Source of the DNA: Gemmatimonadales bacterium
GTDB taxonomy: Bacteria > Gemmatimonadota > Gemmatimonadetes > Gemmatimonadales > GWC2-71-9
Assembly: GCA_041741375.1 (NCBI GenBank)
Contig: JBGSKF010000241.1
Location: 1,878 to 65,877, forward strand
Length of the DNA stretch: 64,000 bases
Direction of reading: 5' to 3'
Below the pieces are notes generated by a model that was not told the origin of the DNA, ran no database searches, and was given only the letters and a program-made list of their open reading frames with translations. The position numbers and the translations under genes are program-made. Within the stretch, counting starts at the first letter, position 1. Each line of letters starts with the position of its first letter. Below, piece by piece: positions 57,026-64,000 of this stretch.

Positions 57026-59374
57026 ATGTTCGCGCTGAACCGGCGCACCGCGCTCGTGCTGGCCGGTCTCGCCGGGATCCTGGTGGTGTCGCGGTGGATG
57101 GCGGCTCTCGCCGTCGAACGCTGGTGGCGCAGCGCACTGAACACCGACCTGGCCACCTTCGGAACCTGGTGGCATCTGCTCGGCACCACGCTGGATGCGG
57201 TGGCGATCGCGATCGGATTCTCCTGGCTCCTCATTCATTTCCTGCATGCGGTGACCCGTGCGGGTCCCGGTGATCCGTCGGGAGAGATGGGGCCCAGCCG
57301 CCTCGGCACCATCCCCCGGCCCGTGCTCCGGCGCATCACCATCCTCCTGGCCTTTCTTCTCGCGGTCCTCACCGGAGCTGGATTTTCCCGGTGGACCGAC
57401 GAGGTCGTGCTGGTGTGGCAGGGAGTCCCGTTCGGAATCCGGGATCCCTCTTTCGGCCGGGACATCGGCGACTGGGTGGCGGCGATCCCCCTCTGGAATC
57501 ACATCCACGACACGATCGTCAGCCTGGTCCTCCTCGCGACCATCGGGTCTCTGGTGGCCTACGGCCTGGGGGGGGCGCTCGCCATCCGCCGCGGACACCT
57601 GCTCGTCTCCTCCAGCGCACGCCGCCATCTCGGTCTGCTGGGGGCCACCGTGGCCGCATGCATCGCGTGGGGATACCTCCTCGTCCCGGCCGAAGTGGCC
57701 GGCGGGTTTCCCCAGGTGGTTTCCCCGGCGCAAGTGCGACTCCATGAAACCACCGCCCTCGTCCTTGCCGGTGCCGCGGGCGCGGTGGCGGCCCTGACCC
57801 TGGCCTGGGGATTCCGGGCCACCCACATGACGGCCGTCGCCTCCTGGCTCGTCCTCCTCGCCGCCATGGTGATCGTCCGGTTTCTCGCTCCTCCCGATTT
57901 TCCGAGTAGGGGCTCGGGTGACGCCACCTGGCTCGATGCCCGGTGGCGCATCGAGCGCGCGGCGTACGGAGTCGACACCCGGGTCCAGGGCGATACTCTT
58001 CGGCCGTGGCCCGGATCGGTTCCCGCCTCACCACCTCCGGGCGCGTTGTGGGACCGGGACCAGATCATGCTATCCCTTCCGGCAGCCGATTCTCACCGGG
58101 TCGAGTGGGCCAACCGAGGCCGGACAACTGCGGATATCCCGAGCCTCATCTGGTGGGTTCTGGTGAACCGGGGCAATGGAACCCGATTCGACGTCCGCCA
58201 ACTCCCCGATGACCAGGTGGCACGCGATGGAACCCCGGTGCTTCCTGCCGTGGCCGCGGGAGACCAACCCCTCCTGGGTCCTGGCACGATCCGGCCGGGG
58301 GCTCCGGTCCATGTGGTCCTTCCCGATTCCGCCGCCGGGCGCGGAGTGCCGGCTGGCTCCTGGCCTCGTCGCCTTCTCCTGGCCTGGGTCCTTCAGGAGG
58401 GCGGAATTGTTTCGGCCGATCCCGGGGCTCGGGTCATCTGGCACCTGGATCCGGCGGACCGGCTCCGGACCGTGGCCCCGTTTGCCGACTGGGTGAGACC
58501 GGAGCTGGTCCTCCTGGAGGGGAGGCCGGTCTGGCTCGTGGATGGTGTCGTCACCGCTCCCATCCTCCCGGCCAGCCGACGGCTGCCGTGGAGAGGAGAG
58601 TCCGTGGCCTTCGCCCGCGCGGAGTTTCTCGCGGTGATCGGAGCCGAGGAAGGGTCGGTCCGGATCTACCTCCGTCCGGACGCCGGTCCCGTCGGGCTCG
58701 CCTGGGCCGCGGTGGCAGCTCCGATGATCTCCCCCACCAGTGATATCCCCTCGCATCTGGAACGAATCGCGCGGTATCCCGGCGGGGTGCTCGAACTTCA
58801 GGCCCACCTGTTCGGATCGCCGCTCGCGGGGGCGGAGATCGGCGGTCTCGGCATCGGCACGGCCGACCACACCCTGTTGCTGGGAGTGCTCCTTCCTCCG
58901 GGAGGGGGCCTCGGTGAGCAGGGAGGGCCACGATACCATCCGGTCGACTCGGTCATGCGGGGCCTGACTCCGGAGTCCCTGGAGCCACGATGGAACCGCA
59001 ATCCGCTCCTCCGCCAGATGCGGGACTCGGTCCTGGCCTCGGGGGGACGGGCCCTCCGCGGGGGGCTGCGATACCACGTCTCCGGAAACACTCTGCTCGC
59101 CTACCAACCCTGGTATGCCGTGCCGTCCGAGGGTCCGCCGGTTCTTCTGGCCGTCACGGCGGCGAGCGGCGCTCGCATCGGGGTCGATCGCACCCTCGAG
59201 GGTGCGCTCGAGGTGCTGGCCGGGCAGCGTGATCCGGCCCTGCCGACGGGACCGGACAGCATGCTCCTGGAGGCGCGAGTCTGGCTCCACCTGGCGGACT
59301 CCGCCCTGCGCCGGGGCGACCTGGCGGCCTTTGGGAGCGCCTTCACCGCTCTGCGCGACCTCCTCCTCCGGTAG
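57026..59374 (+). CDS. Large polytopic membrane protein, UPF0182-like
   Basis: 782 aa with about 7 N-terminal TM helices and a large C-terminal soluble part. RYPGGVLELQAHLF and LLAYQPWYAV resemble UPF0182 motifs. The assignment is from memory only. Confidence 0.5.
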   Translation: MFALNRRTALVLAGLAGILVVSRWMAALAVERWWRSALNTDLATFGTWWHLLGTTLDAVAIAIGFSWLLIHFLHAVTRAGPGDPSGEMGPSRLGTIPRPVLRRITILLAFLLAVLTGAGFSRWTDEVVLVWQGVPFGIRDPSFGRDIGDWVAAIPLWNHIHDTIVSLVLLATIGSLVAYGLGGALAIRRGHLLVSSSARRHLGLLGATVAACIAWGYLLVPAEVAGGFPQVVSPAQVRLHETTALVLAGAAGAVAALTLAWGFRATHMTAVASWLVLLAAMVIVRFLAPPDFPSRGSGDATWLDARWRIERAAYGVDTRVQGDTLRPWPGSVPASPPPGALWDRDQIMLSLPAADSHRVEWANRGRTTADIPSLIWWVLVNRGNGTRFDVRQLPDDQVARDGTPVLPAVAAGDQPLLGPGTIRPGAPVHVVLPDSAAGRGVPAGSWPRRLLLAWVLQEGGIVSADPGARVIWHLDPADRLRTVAPFADWVRPELVLLEGRPVWLVDGVVTAPILPASRRLPWRGESVAFARAEFLAVIGAEEGSVRIYLRPDAGPVGLAWAAVAAPMISPTSDIPSHLERIARYPGGVLELQAHLFGSPLAGAEIGGLGIGTADHTLLLGVLLPPGGGLGEQGGPRYHPVDSVMRGLTPESLEPRWNRNPLLRQMRDSVLASGGRALRGGLRYHVSGNTLLAYQPWYAVPSEGPPVLLAVTAASGARIGVDRTLEGALEVLAGQRDPALPTGPDSMLLEARVWLHLADSALRRGDLAAFGSAFTALRDLLLR

Positions 59375-59470
59375 CCGCTTGTAGGCGATGGGTGGTCGGA
59401 CTACCTTACGCGCGCCGCGTCACCGGAGAAGGGTGGCGCCCGTGAATCAAACCCTCACTCGAGGTCCAGC

Positions 59471-60610
59471 GTGAACCTGCACGAGTATCAGGCACGGGCC
59501 CTGCTCAAGGCGGCGGGCATCCCGGTACCGGATGGAGATGTTGCCAGCACCCCGGACGAGGTCGAATCGATCGCCCGGCGGCTTGGCCAGCCCGTGGTGG
59601 TCAAGGCCCAGGTCCACACGGGAGGACGAGGGAAGGCCGGTGGCGTGAAGCTGGCGTCCACCAGTGCGGAAGCCCGGCGGCATGGGGAGGCCATCCTCGG
59701 CATGAGCATCAAGGGGTTGACGGTCGAGAAGGTGCTCGTGGCGCCGGCCGCCGATATCGCGAGCGAGAGCTACGTGGGCATCATCATGGACCGGGAGACG
59801 CAGCGTCCGGTGTTCATGGTCAGCCCCGCGGGCGGGGTGGACATCGAAGAGGTCGCCGCGACCACCCCCGACAGGATTACCCGGCTGGCGGTGGACCCCC
59901 GCTACGGCCTCCTGCCACACCAGGCACTGGGCCTCGCCTTCTGTCTGTATGACTCCTTTGCCCAGGTGCGCGCCGCGGCTCGCATCCTCCAGCAGCTGTA
60001 CGAGGTGTTCGTGTCGAACGGTGCCTCCCTGGCGGAGATCAATCCCCTGGTCACGACGCCGGCGGGTGACGTGGTGGCGCTGGACGCCAAGATCACCATC
60101 GACGACAACGAACTCGATCGCCGACCCGATCTGGCCGCCCTGCGGGATCTCTCCGCCGAGGATCCCAGCGAGGTGGAAGCCCGGAACGCGGGACTCTCCT
60201 TCATCAAGCTGGACGGCAATGTCGGCTGCGTGGTGAACGGGGCCGGCCTGGCGATGGCCACCATGGACCTGGTGAAGTACTACGGGGGGGAACCGGCCAA
60301 TTTCCTCGACATCGGGGGCAGCTCGAATCCCGAGAAGGTCATCAACGCCCTCAAGATCATCACCCGCGATCCCTCGGTGCGCGCGATCCTCTTCAACATC
60401 TTCGGTGGCATCACGCGGACCGATGATGTGGCTAATGGCATCGTCGCGGCCACCCGGTCCTTTTCGGTCCCGGTCCCCATTGTGATCCGGCTGACCGGGA
60501 CCAACGAGGCCGAAGCCCTCACCATTCTGGAGGCGGCCGGCATGACCGCGTTGAACGACATGGACGAGGCCGTGGAGCGCGTCGTCACCTTGGCCCAGGG
60601 GGCCGCATGA
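59471..60610 (+). CDS. sucC: Succinyl-CoA synthetase beta subunit
   Basis: GTG start. Motifs: [11 protein letters not shown]...[33 protein letters not shown]. Confidence 0.95.
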   Translation: MNLHEYQARALLKAAGIPVPDGDVASTPDEVESIARRLGQPVVVKAQVHTGGRGKAGGVKLASTSAEARRHGEAILGMSIKGLTVEKVLVAPAADIASESYVGIIMDRETQRPVFMVSPAGGVDIEEVAATTPDRITRLAVDPRYGLLPHQALGLAFCLYDSFAQVRAAARILQQLYEVFVSNGASLAEINPLVTTPAGDVVALDAKITIDDNELDRRPDLAALRDLSAEDPSEVEARNAGLSFIKLDGNVGCVVNGAGLAMATMDLVKYYGGEPANFLDIGGSSNPEKVINALKIITRDPSVRAILFNIFGGITRTDDVANGIVAATRSFSVPVPIVIRLTGTNEAEALTILEAAGMTALNDMDEAVERVVTLAQGAA

Positions 60611-61479
60611 GCATCTTCGTCACCGAAGCCACCCGGCTCGTCATTCAGGGCATCACCGGCCGCGAAGGATCCTTCCACGCCCGGCAGATGCTGGAGTATG
60701 GAACACCGGTCGTGGCGGGAGTCACGCCGGGGAAGGGAGGGCAGCAGTTCGAGACTGTCCCCGTGTTCAACACCGTGGCCGATGCCGTGGCCCGGACCGG
60801 AGCGAACACCTCGGTCATTTATGTCCCCGCCGCCCTGGCCGCCGGAGCCATCTACGAGGCCGCCGATGCCGGCGTGAGTCTCATCGTGTGCATCACCGAG
60901 GGCGTCCCGGTCATGGACATGACGCGGGTCATGCCCTATGTCCGCGAGAGGGGCGTTCGCCTGATCGGACCCAATTGTCCGGGACTGATCACTCCGGGTG
61001 TGGCCAAGGTCGGAATCATCCCGGGGAACATCTGCGCCCCCGGCCGCATCGGGCTCGTCTCGCGGAGCGGCACGCTGACCTATGAAGTGGTGAATCACCT
61101 GACGCGCCAGGGGCTCGGTCAGAGCACGTGCGTCGGGATCGGGGGGGACCCGATCATCGGCACCAATTTCATCGATGTGCTCCAGGCCTTCGCAGCCGAC
61201 CCGGAGACGGATGCCATTGTCATGATGGGCGAGATCGGCGGCACCGACGAGCAGCAGGCCGCGGCCTGGGTTCGCGAAAACACCTCCAAACCGGTGATCG
61301 GGTTCATCGCGGGACAAACCGCCCCGAAGGGGCGACGGATGGGTCACGCCGGTGCCATCATCTCGGGATCGTCGGGGACGGCCGAGGAGAAAATGACCGC
61401 GTTTCGGGAGGCCGGCATCTCCGTCATGGAGCGCCCGGTTGACGTGGTCCGGTTGGTTCGCGAGCGCCTTGGTCTCTGA
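60607..61479 (+). CDS. sucD: Succinyl-CoA synthetase alpha subunit
   Basis: Motifs: [26 protein letters not shown]. Confidence 0.95.
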   Translation: MSIFVTEATRLVIQGITGREGSFHARQMLEYGTPVVAGVTPGKGGQQFETVPVFNTVADAVARTGANTSVIYVPAALAAGAIYEAADAGVSLIVCITEGVPVMDMTRVMPYVRERGVRLIGPNCPGLITPGVAKVGIIPGNICAPGRIGLVSRSGTLTYEVVNHLTRQGLGQSTCVGIGGDPIIGTNFIDVLQAFAADPETDAIVMMGEIGGTDEQQAAAWVRENTSKPVIGFIAGQTAPKGRRMGHAGAIISGSSGTAEEKMTAFREAGISVMERPVDVVRLVRERLGL

Positions 61480-61524
61480 CCCTTTTCGACTTCGTCCACT
61501 CATCCTTTGCGGGAGCCGACGGAC

Positions 61525-61956
61525 ATGGCTGGTCATGTGACACTGGGAATCGTCAAACCGGACGGCGTCGCTTCGGGAAAAGCGGGGCTGATTCTGGCCC
61601 ATATTGAACGCGCGGGTTTCCGGATCCGGGCAGCCCGCCTGGTCCGACTGGACCGGGCTCAGGCGGAGGCGTTCTATGAGGTACACCGGGGCCGCCCCTT
61701 CTTCGAGGAACTGGTGGACTTCATGACCAGCGGCCCCTGCCTTCCGATGGCACTGGAAGCCCCGGATGCGGTCTCGGCCTTCCGCGCCATCATCGGCGCC
61801 ACCGATCCGGCCGAGGCCGCCGAGGGCACCATACGGAAGCTGTACGCCGAATCCAAGGGGCGGAATGCGGTGCATGGGTCGGACAGTGATGAGAACGCGA
61901 GACGGGAAATCGGCTTTTTCTTCCCGGAAGGGGAACTGGCCCGGCTGGCGGGCTGA
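61525..61956 (+). CDS. ndk: Nucleoside-diphosphate kinase
   Basis: ATG at 61525 inside ORF 61507..61956, preceded by GGGAG. Motifs: [21 protein letters not shown] (active-site His). Confidence 0.9.
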   Translation: MAGHVTLGIVKPDGVASGKAGLILAHIERAGFRIRAARLVRLDRAQAEAFYEVHRGRPFFEELVDFMTSGPCLPMALEAPDAVSAFRAIIGATDPAEAAEGTIRKLYAESKGRNAVHGSDSDENARREIGFFFPEGELARLAG

Positions 61957-62004
61957 TCCCGGTTCAGTTGCCATAAGGCGTGTGGCTGCGTATGTTTAAG
62001 GGCT

Positions 62005-62481
62005 ATGCTCCGGATTGATATTCGAGACCTACTCCGGGGGCCGGTTCGGACTGATTTCGTTCTGGCGCCGGACCATGAGGCGCTTGAAGGCCTCGATGTC
62101 CCTCTGGATGGCCCGCTCACGGTTCAGGGCTTGGTGGCCCGAGCGGCCGATGGAAATCACATCTGGGAGGCCACCCTCAGCGGGGTGGTGACCGGAGCCT
62201 GCCGGAGGTGTCTGGAAGAGGTCCGAACCGGGATCGACGGGGAGATCCGCGTCGTTTTCAGTTCCGACCCCGACCTGGAGTCCGATCCGGCCGTGTACTC
62301 GGTGGACCCGGCGATGACCGCGCTCGACCTCGGGGTCGCGGTACGGGAGGAGCTGGCGCTTCTGGTGCCGGCTTTCCCGCTGTGCCGGGAGTCGTGCGCC
62401 GGTCTGTGTGCCCGGTGCGGTATGGATCTGAACGTCGGGGCGTGCCGCTGTGGAGCCCCGGATGACCTTGAAGTGAGGTAG
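62005..62481 (+). CDS. yceD: DUF177/YceD-family protein
   Basis: CRRCLEEV...CRESCAGLCARCG...CRC pattern. Conserved position upstream of rpmF. Confidence 0.85.
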   Translation: MLRIDIRDLLRGPVRTDFVLAPDHEALEGLDVPLDGPLTVQGLVARAADGNHIWEATLSGVVTGACRRCLEEVRTGIDGEIRVVFSSDPDLESDPAVYSVDPAMTALDLGVAVREELALLVPAFPLCRESCAGLCARCGMDLNVGACRCGAPDDLEVR

Positions 62482-62483
62482 CT

Positions 62484-62666
62484 ATGGCGGTCCCCAAGCG
62501 CAGAACCTCGAAGTCCCGGAAGCGACTTCGCCGCGGGCATCATCACGCCGCCTCGGTCGCCCCTCAGGGGTGCGCCCGCTGCGGTTCCCCCAAGCGGAGC
62601 CACCGCGTGTGCCCCTCGTGCGGGTATTACGGCGGGGTCAAGCGTCTCGAGGTCGAGGACAGCTGA
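62484..62666 (+). CDS. rpmF: 50S ribosomal protein L32
   Basis: MAVPKRRTSKSRKRLRRGH..., zinc-ribbon type (CARCG...CPSCG). Confidence 0.95.
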   Translation: MAVPKRRTSKSRKRLRRGHHHAASVAPQGCARCGSPKRSHRVCPSCGYYGGVKRLEVEDS

Positions 62667-62668
62667 CC

Positions 62669-63682
62669 GTGATTCGCGTCGCGCTCGACGCGATGGGCGG
62701 AGACAGTGCACCCGGGGTGGAGGTCGAGGGCGCTCTCCGCGCCCTCCGGGACCTGCCACCGGGTTTTCTCGTCCAACTCGTCGGGCCGACGGACGTCCTG
62801 GAGGCCGAGTTGTCGCGCCACCCCGCGGTCGATCGTTCCCGCATCGAAGTTCATGAAGCCCCCGACGTCATCGGCATGGGAGAGAAGCCGCTGACCGCGG
62901 TGCGTCGCAAGCCGAAATCGAGCCTCGCGGTGGGTCTCCAGATGCAGGCCGAGGGTCTCTCGGACGCCTTCGTGTCCGCCGGCAACACCGGGGCACTTCT
63001 CGCGGGGTCCACGATATTGCTGGGGCTCCACGACGGAGTCGATCGCGCCTCGGTGGGCGCCCTGCTTCCCACCGCGGACCGCCCCGTCCTCCTGCTCGAC
63101 GCCGGCGCCAACGTCGACTGTTCCGCGCGGGAGCTGGTCAACTTCGCCTATCTGGGCAGTGCCTACATGCGGGATGTGTTGCGGCGGGACAACCCCGGAG
63201 TCGGCCTTCTGAACGTCGGCGAGGAGGACGGAAAGGGAGGCGCCGTCGTCAAGGAGGCCCACCGGCTTCTGCGGTCCGCGCCCCGGATCCGGTATCTGGG
63301 CAACATCGAGGGTCGCGACATCCTGCCGGGCCATCCGCGACACGGTCCGGTCGATGTGGTGATCTGTGACGGTCACGTCGGAAACGCGGTGCTCAAGTTC
63401 TACGAATCCGTCATTCACATGATCAACCGCCTTCTGGGGCGGGTTCCGGGATTGCTCCAACGCGAGGATATCCGCGAGGCACTCGGCATGCTCGACTATT
63501 CCCAATATGGCGGGGCACCCCTCCTCGGGATCCGCGGAGTCTCCATCGTGTGTCACGGATCCTCCCCGGCCAACGCCATCAAGCATGCGATCCGCGTCGC
63601 GGTGCAGTCAGTCGAGTCCGGCCTCGACGCCCATATCAAAGCCGAGTTCAGCCTTCACGAGGCCCCGGAGCCCTCCGCATGA
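62669..63682 (+). CDS. plsX: Phosphate acyltransferase
   Basis: GTG at 62669 inside ORF 62570..63682. Motifs: IRVALDAMGGD.AP, SAGNTGAL, GAPLLGIRG. Confidence 0.9.
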   Translation: MIRVALDAMGGDSAPGVEVEGALRALRDLPPGFLVQLVGPTDVLEAELSRHPAVDRSRIEVHEAPDVIGMGEKPLTAVRRKPKSSLAVGLQMQAEGLSDAFVSAGNTGALLAGSTILLGLHDGVDRASVGALLPTADRPVLLLDAGANVDCSARELVNFAYLGSAYMRDVLRRDNPGVGLLNVGEEDGKGGAVVKEAHRLLRSAPRIRYLGNIEGRDILPGHPRHGPVDVVICDGHVGNAVLKFYESVIHMINRLLGRVPGLLQREDIREALGMLDYSQYGGAPLLGIRGVSIVCHGSSPANAIKHAIRVAVQSVESGLDAHIKAEFSLHEAPEPSA

Positions 63683-64000
63683 GCCCCACACCGATCTGCC
63701 GGATCGACGGGATCGGCATCGCCGTGCCGGACCGCGTCGTCACCAACCACGACTTCGAGGCCAGGCTCGACACCAACGATCAGTGGATCGTGGACCGGAC
63801 CGGGATCCGGGAGCGCCGGTGGGCCGGCCCCGAGACCTCCCTGGCCTCGCTCTGTACCGATGCGTCCCGGGAAGCTCTGGACGCGGCGGGCGTGGACGCG
63901 TCCGAGGTGGATGCCATCATTCTGGGGACGGTGACTCCAGATCACCGTCTCCCCTCCACCGCCTGCGAGATCCAGGCGATGCTGGGCGCCCGTCAGGCCA
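63679..64000 (+). CDS. fabH: 3-oxoacyl-ACP synthase III (N-terminal part; runs off the right edge)
   Basis: Own translation from ATG 63679: MSPTPICRIDGIGIAVPDRVVTNHDFEARLDTNDQWIVDRTGIRERRW... This is the typical FabH N-terminus. plsX-fabH synteny. Confidence 0.85.
   Translation, partial: MSPTPICRIDGIGIAVPDRVVTNHDFEARLDTNDQWIVDRTGIRERRWAGPETSLASLCTDASREALDAAGVDASEVDAIILGTVTPDHRLPSTACEIQAMLGARQA

Overview
A 64 kb, gene-dense, high-GC bacterial chromosomal segment. My spot counts on single 60-nt lines give about 68-77% G+C in housekeeping genes. It appears to come from a Gram-negative organism, because TonB-dependent receptors and outer-membrane barrels are present. A Gemmatimonadota-like lineage is only a low-confidence guess. 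All product calls come from my own reading of the translated ORFs against remembered family motifs; no database search was run.

Most of the window is ordinary core metabolism and information processing:
- nfeD-floA
- tyrA and pepA
- yicC-gmk-rpoZ-coaBC-udg-dnaB-radA-ispD-tsaC-PTP-aroE-comF
- gap-pgk-tpiA-secG-carA
- an HU/IHF gene
- moaDEA and trmL
- mdh-sdhCAB and dcd
- a complete 14-gene nuoA-N complex I operon
- a phosphomannomutase and a UPF0182 membrane protein
- sucCD and ndk
- yceD-rpmF-plsX-fabH
- one tRNA-Leu(CAA)

I see no CRISPR array, transposase, integrase, prophage or recognisable defence or toxin system.

The most unusual signal is non-coding. Four loci (4570-5172, 15721-15790, 32967-33205, 40762-40893) carry arrays of 7-nt tandem repeats.
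- In three loci the arrays form inverted, mutually complementary pairs around a shared core motif.
- One of these cassettes carries a four-helix-bundle gene of the 23S rRNA intervening-sequence type.
- The heptamer sequence differs between cassettes while staying complementary within each. This looks like covariation for a long hairpin.

Other notable items:
- Hairpin-containing 44-bp repeats bracket the tRNA in inverted orientation.
- A lower-GC block of secreted-protein genes sits near the tRNA. It includes an alpha-lytic-type protease broken by a frameshift at a G5 run.
- Two tandem paralogous small outer-membrane genes follow that block.

The many long antisense or off-frame ORFs in the track are high-GC artefacts.
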